NCBI GenBank assembly: GCA_030704615.1
Contig: CM060731.1
Location: 92,194,001 to 92,258,000, forward strand
DNA from: Takakia lepidozioides
Taxonomy: Eukaryota; Plantae; Bryophyta
Length of the DNA: 64,000 nt
Reading direction: 5' to 3'
Shown here piece by piece: positions 12,501 to 24,010 of this stretch. The position numbers were made by a program, and so were the translations under genes. The notes beneath the pieces are model-generated. The model had not been told where the DNA came from. It was given only the letters and a program-made list of their open reading frames with translations, and did not search any database. The stretch's first letter is position 1; every line of letters begins with the position of its first letter.

Positions 12501-12645
12501 GTGCATGTTGTGTGGGTCTGCTAAAGGGGCAGCCACCATGCTGGTGTGCGATCGATGCTCTAGAGGTTGGCATATGGGATGCTTGACTCCACCTCTTGAG
12601 ATGGTTCCAGATGGGGATTGGTTATGTCCACATTGCATTGGATAG
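9511..12645 (+). CDS. RT - RNase H - integrase - PHD finger (uninterrupted frame)
   Basis: RT RMCGDYR, LDLRSGYHQ, LPFGLKNAP and YIDD; RNase H LHTDWS, EGECLAAVWA and TDHQPL; integrase HHCC and D-D-E (SLDFAG, LTDQG, GLAER). C4HC3 PHD CMLC..LVCDRCSRGWHMGCL..WLCPHC at 12502-12636. Confidence 0.96.
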   Translation, partial: QPRDASSTSKPTGLKVAVTEDNWEPDIGPIVTGGERRRIRRFLRAYRNCFAFSLKDLGALKGQEIRIELATDTPIFRRPYRYSDMERSLIQMRTQDLWEAGLVELSGGEYASATVMPAKKDVYGNWTERRMCGDYRPVNRQTKSDRYAMPTPEEIFDAIGHSKVFSTLDLRSGYHQLPIKEADKQKTAFWGINEHGKDCLYQWRFLPFGLKNAPAEFQRVMDRILAGVEFARCYIDDIIIFSATVEEHERHLQGVFERLRTHGLKLHPGKCKFFHNQIEYLGHMIYPGGLGVQQTKVESIAQVPRPTDVSRVRAFMGLANYYRRFVKGFSAIAKALTKLTKVDQEWQWEDEQEQAFQELKARLTSAPILRRPIRGRPFQLHTDWSMLGLGAVLTQVDDEGREFVVAYASRSNNAAESKYSSYEGECLAAVWAVAHFRCYLYGNLFTLVTDHQPLKWLMESDKLTGKLARWALILQEYDFQVVHRPGLVNRNADGLSRNPCTSQQDDTGARWHGETDEEMVPGWHASAFLCILAAEGQVGPATGMTVDQVSEDPEASNEQGGAKDIHEDSVVLDYLRTGDTAATVTAKERDRILQRAKRFRWEGTHLLRVWEDGRVRIVPHPTQRARLVRHAHEELGHFGVRRTHSLLQGQYWWRGMHTEVQQFVARCMVCDRVRASFNAPTPQLHPLPIMGLGYRWSLDFAGPLPLTMRHNKYVLVMVEHFSKWIELVPLPDKASKGAAYAFLDCVLSRFGAPAEVLTDQGREFLGEFQALCHKALIDHRTTSRDHPEADGLAERVVQTVKRGLRKYGLQKGHLGDWDLQLPWLAMGYRFSKQASLASFSPYFLLFGREPDLPKSICREAATVLNLDDPDMWARACEQRAELFKRVMPMAFENLAIAQHRDTLRYPTIRGGGYRPGVRRFNPGDYVYLQQTAPTTLDVTAGRVILRVREVLPSGVLVLEGRDGITWKDHVRNCAPCHLPNVDGRIDPNLAVVSVGLRCMLCGSAKGAATMLVCDRCSRGWHMGCLTPPLEMVPDGDWLCPHCIG

Positions 12646-12894
12646 TGGGAGTGGATACAACCATGGAAGGCTAACAAGCAACGCAAGGCCCAGCTACTAG
12701 GAGACCTTGAACACCCGAGATCCTGGCTCAAGTTCACATATTGCAAGACGGCGACTAACGATGGGGCTACTCTTGTACCCGGCCCCTTGGTCTATAGAGT
12801 TTGAGTACAATAGGGACAGTGATAGAGGACTTAGTACGGCTATGGCTATTACATCTTGTAGCTATCTGGAGGTAGAGGGACCTATCCACCAGCT

Positions 12895-12904
12895 AGGGGG
12901 GCGA
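12895..12904 (+). promoter_or_regulatory. Polypurine tract of the DNMT element
   Basis: aggggggcga lies just before the TG at 12906. Confidence 0.65.
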
Positions 12905-13426
12905 TTGTGGCAGACTACTTTATTGTGCATATATGTGTGGTGTGGTTTGGACAGCGATGTAGTTGTGTAGCGATATGTATGCGCACGACAGCTGTCAAGT
13001 TAAATAAGCACAGTGTGAAAACAGCTAGAATAAAACTAGTTATTTGTATTTAACACTTGGATTTAGGTCAAGTGTTAAATCAGATGTCAAGTTTAGTTTG
13101 ACACCTGGTCCGTCTTATCTTCACGAGAGCGGCAGTCGCGCGGCTCATCTTTCTCGAGTTGAGCCTGCGCGACCAAGCTCCTACATGCGGTTAGATTTGA
13201 GTGTGCTTATGTAGGGGTACAGGTTGTTGTGGGGTGGAGTCCCCATAGCTTGGGGTGCCCCTGGCTCGACTACTATTTCTAAGAGTGATGGTTTGGTTTT
13301 CATGTTTTGTGTAAACAGTGTGTTCGTTGGTTTTCTATCATTGTGGCAGACTACTTTATTGTGCATATATGTGTGGTGTGGTTTGGACAGCGATGTAGTT
13401 GTGTAGCGATATGTATGCGCACGACA
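12904..13426 (+). repeat. Right terminal structure B1 (12904-12990) - gc - A2 (12993-13327) - 12-bp spacer - B2 (13340-13426)
   Basis: B1 equals B2 (87 bp) and A2 equals A1. The B1/A2 junction is the palindrome GACA-GC-TGTC. Confidence 0.95.
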
Positions 13427-14067
13427 AATAGGAAAGGGGGCTGAAGCACCTTGAGTGCCGAAGGCACTCAAGAAGGCGGAGGCGCTCACTAGGTGGAGCC
13501 CCTCAAACCGGGTTGCGGTGGTGGGGGCTCCGTGGTGGTAGCGTAGGGAGTCATAGTGGGGGTGGCATAGGACTCACCATGAGGCTGAGGCCTTGTGGTG
13601 GGAGTCGTGGGGAGTCTTGAGACTCACCGCGGTCCATTAGGGCTGTGGTGGGTGGGCCAAGACTCACCGCGACTCACCATGGAAGGTTGAGGGTCTAGGT
13701 GGTGGTGCACCAGATTTGGACTTGGCTAGTTGTGGAACCTCCGCGGACACCTACAAAAGTATATATAGGGAGTAGTAACCCCGAGAACGGTGCAAGCCCG
13801 TTGGTGACCAAAAACTAGTGAATAAGCGTGCGAGCCGGAAAGCGACCAAGGTGTGGGGAGCTATTCCGGACTACCATCTACCAAAGGGAATTTCCACTAG
13901 GCCCAAAGTGATGGAGGGTCTTTTGGAGGCGCAAGGGGGACCGTTATGCCCCGGTGAGCAGCCAAAGCTCCAAGTTGGCCCGACGGCCAGTTTGGGAGTT
14001 AGGCGCGCGCATCAAAGCGAGTAATATGACTTGAAGGGGAGTTTACCGAAGTGAGGTGCGCGACACT

Positions 14068-14079
14068 TGGTATCAGAGC
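14068..14079 (+). promoter_or_regulatory. Primer binding site (initiator tRNA-Met) of the Galadriel-like element
   Basis: TGGTATCAGAGC, 2 nt after the LTR end CA at 14065. Confidence 0.92.
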
Positions 14080-14120
14080 TTAGAGTTCAGTACGTGATCA
14101 TCCTTGAGATTGGTCTCACC

Positions 14121-17100
14121 ATGGGGTCGGGCAAGACAAAGCGAAAGCGGAACGGCCCGAAAGACGATGATCCCAGTGCGCCTGGTGGGGGCGACGTGTC
14201 ACCGAAGCGGCAAATGGAAAAGACGATTTTTGCTTCTGAAAGCGAGGCCGCTCGAGAGTGGGAGGAATCTGGGGAGTCAGAGCCCAAGGACTTCCCAAAG
14301 GCTCTGCCAGACCAACAGATATCTCCCATGCCAGTAGCCTTTTGAGAAGGGTTATTGGCGCAGTTTGGCGGGACGCTGAAAGACGTGATGAGGGCGGCTA
14401 ATGCCACTTCCACTAAGGCAAAGTTTAAGGTGAAGCCTAAGGAACCCGGCACCTTCGAGGGCGTCCGAAATCGGAAGACACTCAACACCTGGCTCTTGGA
14501 GCTGGAGCAGTACTTCCAGGCGGCCAAGTTGAGTGACGAGGATCGGGTGGAAGTGGCTCCCACCTATTTGAGGGGCTATGCTCAACAATGGTGGCAGAAG
14601 CGCCTTCATGACCAAGGGCCAAACCCAGAAACCTTGAGTTGGAGTGGGTTCAAGAAACTTATAAAAAGACAGTTTGTGCACATCAACGCGTCCTGGCTCG
14701 CCCGGGACAAGATGAGGAATTTGAAGCAAACGGATGACATTCGGGGATATGTTCAGGCTTTCAATGTGCTTTTGCTCGAAGTCGCGGATATGGCGGAACC
14801 AGAAATGGTCTTCAACTTTGTGGCGGGACTGGCCCCATGGGCTAGACGGAAGTTGGAGGAGAGGCCACCAAAGACTTTGAACGAGGCAATTGAAAGGGCT
14901 GAATATTTCTCGGATGTCTCTAGGGGCAAAAGACAGGGCCGTACGGAGCTGAACCAGAAGAAGGTCCGGCGAGAGGTGACTCCTTCCGACCGGAAAAGAA
15001 GTGGGATAGGCCATGCAGCAACAATGACGCATGGAAATCAAAGGGAGGTCCTACGCACATCAAGGCGGCAGATGCTTCGAAAGGAAAATCAGGTGCGTCG
15101 GCTCATGCGGACAGAAGGCGACCTTTGATGGGGTGTGCTTTAATTGCGGGGGAGCCCGGGCACACGGCCAAGAAGTGCCTGAAACCCCGACAGTTGAACA
15201 TGACTCGGGCAACCACGGAGCCGTCCGAAGAATCTATGCCGCTTGTTGGAGGCGGTGGTCGCCAAAACTTGTAAGGTAGACAACTACTCTTGTGAGTTGT
15301 ATTAGGAGACGGGAGCTTTGCGTAAAGGGAGTCAGTTGTTGTTTGTGAGCGGGATAATTTCCGGAACTAACGTGTCGTTGTTGGTGGACACAGGAGCGTC
15401 ACACTCCTTCATGACACTGGCAACGGCACGGAAGCTGGGGCTCCCAACAAGTGATGTGGGGGCCTCTATTGAAGTGCGTTCTGCCAAAGGAGAACCACAA
15501 CTGACGACGAGGGTAGCGTTCGATGTTCCTCTTCAGCTGGGGAGTTGGGAGGGACGTGAGAACTTTACCATTTGCGAGATCGAGGAGTGGATCTCATTTT
15601 GGGGATGACCTTTTTGAGCAAATCCGGAGCGGTCATAGATGGCCGCAAGAGAATAGTCATGCTACCGTGTGGGGATGGTGGCAAAGTTTTACGGGTGTCG
15701 GAAACGCCCAACCGAGTGGGAGGGCAAATAAACCTGCTGACAGCAAAGGAGTGGGCCGTGGAGGAGCCACACGAGCCCCAGTTTTTGCTTTACGTGAGAC
15801 AAGTAGAAGGAGAAGTCGATAGGGAGCCGAGCCCAGATTGGATCAATGGGATCCTGGAGAAATACCAGGATGTGATGCCGGAGGATTTACCAAGCGGCTT
15901 GCCACCACGAAGAGGAGTTGACCACAAGATAGAGGTGGTGCCGGGATCGGAGCCGCCTGCCAAGACGCCTTACCGGTTGAGCCACATAGAGTTGGTCGAG
16001 CTGAAGGCCCAACTCAAGGATCTAATGGCAAAGGGGTACATCCAGCCAAGTAAGTCACCTTACGGAGCCCTGGTACTATTTGCAAATAAGAAGGATAGGA
16101 CGCTGCGGATGTGTGTCGATTACAGGGCTCTGAATAAGGTGACTATAAAAAACCAGTACCCTTTGCCAAGGATCGACGACCTCTTTGATCGGTTGGCAGG
16201 AGCAAAGTATTTCAGCCGGATCAATTTACGCTCCGGCTACCACCAGACACGGATAGCGGAAGGAGATGAGGAAAAGATAGCTTGCATGACAAGATATGGT
16301 TCGTACGAATTTTTGGTGATGCCTTTTGGGCTCACCAAATGCGCCAGCAATCTTTAGCACCCTGATGAACTGCCTCTTTCAGGAGTGGTTGGATGACTTT
16401 GTGATCGTGTACATTGACGACATCTTGGTGTACTCGAAAACGAAGGAAGAGCACTTGGAGCACCTCAAAAGGGTGTTCCAGAAATTGCGGGAAGGGAAGC
16501 TGTATGCCAAAGCTTCAAAGTGCGAATTCGGGGTCACGAAAGTGAAGTTCCTAGGGCATGTGATTACACAAGATAGGATCAAAATGGATGACAGAAAGGT
16601 GAGGGCGATCTTGGACTGGGAACCTCCGACTTCGGTCCCGGGAGTGCGATCCTTTCTGGGACTCGCCTCCTACTACCGATAGTATGTGAGAAATTTCGCC
16701 AAGACCGCGGGGCCGCTGTCAGACCTTTTGTGTAAGTCCAAGGTATGGGTATGGAACACTTTTTGTGGCCAAGCTTTTGCCAAGTTGAAGCAGCAGATGG
16801 CGGAAGCTCCAGTCTTGAAGATCCCGGAGTTTGACTGTCCATTCGAGATTCACACGGATGCGTCAGACTTCGCCATTGGGGGTGTGCTGATGCAGGATAT
16901 ATGTCCAGTGGCTTACGAAAGTAAGAAACTGAATGAAGTGGAGCGACGGTGGCCCACGCATGAGAAAGAAATGAAGGTGGTGGTGCATTGCCTTGAGCTT
17001 TGGCGCCACTATGTTGGTTCCAACCCGGTGAAGGTGTTCACGAACAATGTCACGGTGAAGTATTTTGCCACACAGCCTAAGTTGTCCCCAAAACAAATTA

Positions 17101-18291
17101 GGTGGCAAGACACTTTGGCAATGTTCGACGTGGATATCCAGTACAAACCGGGACGGGACAATGTGGTGGCCGATGCTTTGAGTAGAAAGCAGCAGCTCAC
17201 GTTGGTGTATGAAGGTGAGACGGAGTTGCAGAGGAAAATTCGGAAGGCCTATCGGAAGGATGAGTTCGCAAAGTCGATATTGCGGGACTTGAGGCTGGGG
17301 GTTAAGTCGCAGTTCCATTTGCATAAAGGACTGCTCCGCTACAAAAGGATTCGATGCAATTATGTTGGTGGATAGGTTCAGTAAAATGGGTCTTTTCATC
17401 CCCACAAAGGAGACGGTAACGACACAGGAGACAGGGCGACTTTACTTCGCCCACGTCTTCAAACATCATGGACTCTCGAAGGACATTGTTTTAAACCGTG
17501 ATCCAAAGTTTACAAGTAAATTTTGGATTGCACTTCGGAAGAAGATGGGGACGAGGCTCAAGATGAGCACGGCCTTCCGACCTATAACGGACGGCCAAAC
17601 AGAAAGAGTGAACACTGTAGTGAAGCAAATCTTGCGAAATTATGTATCGGCAGACCAGTCGGACTAGGTGGAGCATTTGGATGCGGCAGAGTTCTGTTAT
17701 AATAACACAGAACACTCCACAACGGGAGCTTCCCCTTTTGTATTGGTCTATGGAAAAGCACCTCTGGTGCCAACAAGTTGGGCCGCCCAAGATGGTGAGG
17801 AGCCGGCAACAACAGCGGTGTTGGAAGAACGCGAGCGTTTATTGGAGCTCGCAAAGTACAACATTGCCAAAGCTAGGAAACGGTATGAGCGGCAGACGAA
17901 TCGGAAGCGGAGGGAAGTTAAGTTTGAGGCAGGCATGGAGGTCTGGTTGAACATCAAGAATTTTTGACTACCTCTGGAAGTGAGTCCGAAGTTTGTACCT
18001 CCGTATGCGGGGCCTTTTTGCATCCGGAAGGTTATGAATGAGGATGTTTATGAGTTAGAGCTGCCAGCAGACAGCAAGGTGCATCCAGTATTCCACGTTT
18101 CCCTTTTGAAGCCTTACTTCAAAGATGAAGCGCATCCGAATCGGCATCAAGTGTTGCTTCCGCCACCTGTGCTGAAATGGAAGGGCTATCATCAAGTGGA
18201 GGCAACTTGGGTGCGTGCCTCAGAAATGGGAAACGCATCCGAGGCGGTTGCAGCTTTCAAAGAGCGACCTCAAAAGCGGAAGAAGCGTTGA
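14121..18291 (+). pseudogene. Degenerate gag-pol with a chromodomain remnant (Galadriel-like)
   Basis: gag KPKEPGTFEG; PR LLVDTGASHSF; [14 protein letters not shown] and YIDD; RH TDASDFAIG and THEKEM; IN DRFSKM and DGQTER; GPF motif; chromodomain fragment KWKGY..ATW. Many stops and frameshifts. Confidence 0.92.
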
Positions 18292-18825
18292 TGGGGACAT
18301 CAACCTTGGATCGTGGGGGAGGAAATGCGTGCTTAGTCTAGCTTAGCTAGCTCAGGAATCCGATTGCAAAAACTTGTGTTGTACAAATTTTGTTTATAAA
18401 TGAAAATGTTTCCAAATGTTGTGCTTCCTATTTTGTTTGGAATGGTGATGCATGGTATGGTTGGCCAGTGTGTAGAATGCATGCTAGCTTACAAAAGTGG
18501 GAGATCTATACTCTAGTCCAGACTGCAAACATAAACACCGAAGGTTCAAAGTCTATAAAATATTTGAAAGTACATGTTATGTTAAATACAGCAGGGCGGG
18601 AGAGGGAGTGACCTAGATACTCACCCAGTATACCGAGTGCGCCCCTGCTTTACTCACAGATCATTAAGCTTGAATGTCCTGAAGAGAATGAGTCCGCCCA
18701 CATGTCTCAGCCTACATGCACAGGGACACCAACCACGACGTTAGTACCTTCCCTGCCACTAGCCCCTTCCCTATCCCCAGAATGAGACAAATGGATGTAG
18801 AAGTGTTGCCAATTAATGTACTCAC

Positions 18826-19260
18826 CAGACGTGCTTCAACAGCTGCCTTGCTAGCTCGCCCAGTCTTCGTGGGAATCTGAGTACAGGAATTTGCAATCTA
18901 CATGGCTTTGGACTTTTTCCCAAATGCAAGAGTAGTCCAGTACTTCACTAGTGCCTCCCACTGCAAATCCCTTATATGAGGCGGTTTCCCCTTACCCTTA
19001 ACATGATATACAAATCGAAACGAATTGTCTTCATCATTGTTTCTGTTGTCTTCCTCATATGCTCAAAATCCAAGTCCATGGGTGTTTAGCTATAGACTTT
19101 CTCCAAATTTTCTCTGAATTTGCTTCAAGTCTTCCATCTTCTGTTTATCGATACGCTTTGTAAAATCTAGCAATTGGTAGACTTGAAATAACCTTTGACC
19201 TTCAATGTGTGTTGAAATAACTCTAGAGTTATTTTGTCCTTGACGACATCATTGCAAAAT
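18826..19260 (-). pseudogene. CACTA TnpA-like (Ptta/En/Spm family) transposase remnant
   Basis: Minus-strand manual translation KPPHIRDLQWEALVKYWTT..KKSKAM*IANS...KTGRASKAAVEARL resembles this family. Confidence 0.5.
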
Positions 19261-19659
19261 GGACACAAAAAAACAATCATTTTGCCATGAAGAACCTTCA
19301 GCCTTAGGTACGTGGAGGTCGAGAAATGCTTCCACTATTTTCGCATCGTACTCATTTGGTGAATATCAATACCTTCACTGCATTTTTGTTGCGGGTGACA
19401 TGTACATGATCAACGCACAAGCATCTTCCATGCCTGCAACAACAAATGGAATAGTGTCAGGGAGCTTACAAACAGAAGTAGGTCACATTCAAACGGTGGA
19501 AGCAAACTTGGTCAACCCAACACATGTGTAATTATAAGCTGGATGCCGAAGTTGGGAAAAAAAAAGTGTGACGCCTTCCGAAGGGAGCGTAACTTATGGT
19601 GTCACTTCACCACAAGGGCTACTGCCTTCCAGCTGAAAGGTGGACACCTTCATGACACA

Positions 19660-19735
19660 CTAGACCGTGGTTTGAACCCACAACCACATCCAACGTGGTA
19701 TGTGCCCATTTACCACTGGGCTACATGCTGGTTGT
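19660..19735 (-). repeat. Degenerate tRNA-derived SINE-like head
   Basis: The minus strand has an A-box-like tagcccagtggtaa and a B-box gggttcaaacc. Confidence 0.35.
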
Positions 19736-21765
19736 CGCCGAAGTTGAGACCTTCAGGTCGAGTACCGGGTTTTTCCACTTCGGTGCTTCACTTACTTCAC
19801 TAAAGAATAACAGCAATAGAAGCATGCAAGAAAAGGTGAATGACATAAGAGTATGAAGTAGGAAGGACATAGAGGACAAAGAACATCTATGGAATGAGGC
19901 AGAACAAGTACATGTCAGCAACACCGGTAACGCGACCTTCCATGAAAGGGCGCGACCTTTCCTGCGGAACGATGGTCGCTAACTACACTTCCCAGTAAGC
20001 CTAGTCGCCAAGCCTGCACACAACAAACGTCGTGGTATTGGAAGACATGCAGAATCCACAGAGGCAGGTCGCACACGTCGCGTGCAGAACGACCTAAAGC
20101 GATTCGGAAAGACAGGGCTCGCAAGCTGGCGTGCGGAAGAAGCTTAATGTAATAGCTCACTGCAAAAGGACCGCGCAGCCTACGTGCAAAGGGCCTCATG
20201 CAGGCAATACACGCGCAGCGGCCCATTCGTTGCACGTGACAATAATTTAATACGTCGGTGCAATAATTACCGCTGTCATGGTCCGTCGACATGGTCTGCC
20301 CTCACAGTCCGTTGTCACAGTCTGCCGTCATGGTCTGTCGACAGAATGTCCATTTGGATGGTCCATTGCCATGGTCTGTCGTAATGGTCAATCGAACATG
20401 TGGGCACAGTGTCTGGTCCTCCCAAAGATTCCATAGAAGGGTATGTCCAAAGGGTCCATATTGAAGGTCCATCCATTTGTCCATGTGAATGGTCCATTCT
20501 GAGGGTCCCTTGGTCGGGTCCCTCTCATACATCCATATGGAATGTCCATTGGATGGGTCGTAACAATTCCTTTAGATAGATCCATCGGAAAGGTCCACAC
20601 GCAAGGTCCACCTGTTACGCCAACAAATTGAAGAAACGTAACTCGGTAACAAATCTGAATTTTATATAGTCAACCATGCACATATGCTTCCACCATTTTT
20701 GCAATGTTGTTCTACACATGGTATATGGAGGGTTCGCCTCAAAGAGGAGAATGCTCGACAAGGGAAAGAATGATTCACAAATTGCGGGAAACGAAATGAC
20801 GAGCTCTATATTTTCAATTGTTAGTAAAGATATACATATGCAGGGGTCTAACAACCGTGTTCACTTCCATTAAAGTGTGCATTATAAACTCAATGTAAAT
20901 ACGCAGGTGAAGCGCATATGGACCACAGCTTGAACATCACAAACAACCATGCGCATCCGAATTTACAACATCATCAAAGGGAATCCCGTACCATGCATAA
21001 CCCTGAACATGACAATGGTCCCTGTTCAATAAAATTAACGACCTCTTCCGCAGAATCCAGTCCCATGCATATATAGGCGAACAACAAAGCAAAAATAGTA
21101 GAAGCATATGAGCGAAGGAGGCTGTGGCCTGAAATGAGCGACTTTGACATTGTGAAGGAAGTCCATGACTCCTTCACGTTGCGTCATGCTCCACGGTTCT
21201 TCACAACAGCGCATAGAAAATAGCATTCGATCTGAGAAATTTGTTGGGTCCAAACAGTCAAACAACAAACAACAGCAAAAGGCAGAAAGAGGAAACGAGG
21301 AAGAGGAAAGAGGAACAAATAGAAAAGAGCAAAGGGGGAAGAGGGATTGATCAATGGCTGCGATGCAATGCCATAAATCCGGACGGTCTGGATAGGACTA
21401 TGGTTGGACAACCAGATGCGCGCCATGAGGTGAGTCTGGTGAGGGGCCTGGGGACCATGCAGTTGTGGTTTGCCGCAGCGACAAGGGTGGACCCAACGGC
21501 TGCGACAAGGGTGGACCCTGCGGCAGCCACGAGGGCACCGTGCGCGGGCAGGGCGGGGGCAAACCGCATGGGCCAGTGGCCGCGAGCGGGGGACTACAGG
21601 CCGTAAGGGCTGCGCAGCCGTGACCGCGCTGCGCGCTCGCCAATCCGAGGCGGGGGCAGGGGGAGAGGGGATGGGGGGATGGGGGCTCGCTAATACCCTT
21701 GTTAGATTCTGCAAAATCTTAAAAGATGGTTAGTTAATGATCCCGCGTCTGTGCGTGGGGGTCCG

Positions 21766-22265
21766 CACACGTGAGCCTTACAGACCCCATTAATCTAAAA
21801 TGAGAGGCAATTTATTAAGCCTCCCAAATATTTTTAGGTCATTATATATCAAAAATATTTTAATTTCAATCATATATATACTATTTTTGAAAGGCCCATG
21901 GTATTGTGGAATGACAATAAGAGATGTCACTAACAATCTTTCCAGTAAATTGTTTAAAAAAAAATTAAGCATCCCAAAAAGTCTTAGGTCATTTTGGAAT
22001 TTCAAAATATTTTAATTTGAATCATATATATAGTATTTAAGTACTTGAAAGACCCATGGTATTGTGAAATGACAATAAGAGATGTCCCCCAATCTTTCCA
22101 GTAAATGTTTTCTTAAAAAGAAAATTAAGCCTCCCAAATATTTTTAGGTCATTTTGGTATTCAAAAATATTTAATTTCAATCATATATACACTATTTGAA
22201 AGGCCCATGGTATTGTTAAACGACAATATGAGAGGTCCTTTCAGGACTAATAATCTTTCCAGTAA
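21766..22265. repeat. Right arm of the long inverted repeat; three ~155-bp tandem units
   Basis: Units start taagc(c/a)tcccaaa at ~21816, ~21966 and ~22126, and are the reverse complement of 182-955. Confidence 0.75.
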
Positions 22266-22363
22266 ATGGTTGATCCCTTTCCTTATATATATATACTGGT
22301 TGTATTATTCATGTACCTTTAAACTTGTCCTAGATTCCCAATCCACCCGGCCCTTGTACAAAC

Positions 22364-23015
22364 CAGTGTTGGACTGGTATGTCCATTTTTTAATACCAGA
22401 CTCGTCCTGTTATGAAGGGTCCCACCCCTTTTTCATACCAGGCTGGTATAGGTATCTATACAGGTATGAGCAACTTGGGTATGAATCTGGTAAGAGTAGT
22501 TGTACTTTGGGCTGTATATGAGTATGGTACTGGTATTGCCCTTTCTCTGTAGTGATAATGGGGGGGTATGAGCACTGGTATGGTATTTCTACAGCTCACC
22601 ATGCATAGAAATAAATGTCATTTAGCACATAGCTAATTTTAATCCAAGCCCTGAAACACTAGGCAAAGATAACCCAAAGTAGCACGAAACAGCAAATGAA
22701 GTCTAAATTGCAACATGGAGCCTTGAATTAACCAAATTGTAGTACAGGGTATAACTAGCTGCACTAACATATACTCATACCTACCTCCATTCGCCATGAA
22801 CTCACCGCAATACTGGTATCGGGACCATGCTATTCCTCCATATACCCATACTGGTATGGTATGTGTGCGGGGAATCCTAAAGACATACTCCCCCCAGTAC
22901 GTGTATCACATGGGTACACTGGTTCTTTCATACCCGACTTGGTATGTTCTTCAATATATATATTCATACCTGTATTCCATACCTAGGTTAAACCAGGTAT
23001 ACCAGTCCAACACTG
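22364..23015. mobile_element. hAT-type MITE
   Basis: 17-bp perfect TIR CAGTGTTGGACTGGTAT / ATACCAGTCCAACACTG and 8-bp TSD GTACAAAC (22356-22363, 23016-23023). Confidence 0.93.
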
Positions 23016-24010
23016 GTACAAACATAATTGCCCTTCAATACCAATACACCTAGTAAACCCGTGTTAATATCTATTTCATGTATTCACTCAAAGCAATATT
23101 TTCAGCAGCTCAAAACAATGTAAACATAAATACTGTTGATTTATTAGAAAAATAGTCAGTCGTTAAAGGACATTTCTTATGGACCTTTCTACAATACTAG
23201 ATATGGGTATGTCAATAAATAGTAAGCATGATACCATCTAATATATATACATATATGAATATCTGTAGGAGGAAAATTAATTTATTTGTGAAAATATGGA
23301 TATTAGTTAAAGAGACTTTGCTCCTTTTTTAAAAAAACCTCCATTTCTCAAAAGTGGTCGACATGAATGCAACAAATTGATAAATAGCAAGTTTAGAAGA
23401 ACTAAAATATATCATGCTACACCAATACCATCACAGTGATCGGGATGATGCCATAAGAGGATATGGACTTGTCATAACATGGACCATCTCTCTCTGTATA
23501 CATTGTCCACACATACATATACATGCAGCATCATCTTATCATGTAGTGCATGTAAGGCATGTGCATGTATGCCACTAGAGAGGATGTAATGTTGAGACTT
23601 TCAAGTGGCAAGGTTACTTACCAGCAAACACGCACGATTACGGCACCAGAGACGGTACAGGCAACTGGCAAGGGATCACCCGGGAATACAACAGGTGAAA
23701 ATAGATTTAAATTGCAGAGAAATGAAGAATGTGCAAACCGTCCACCGGACTAGTTTTTCACATTTCCAGCGTTTTCACTTGCGAAGGTTTGAAATCCTTG
23801 CACGTGAAAAGTGCAAAATGGACGTTTTTCACACAGGTGCAAACGGGACGCCATAGTTTTATAGTAGTTAGCGTCGCCACCGCACTAACGGTTTTTGTAG
23901 CTTCCCATTTTGAGCATCTCGCTCGAGTTAGTGAGCGTTGGTAGTAATCAGTGTCGGAGAGACAGTAAGAAGTCTAACAAGAAATTGCGTCCACGGGAGA
24001 TCCAGATAGT

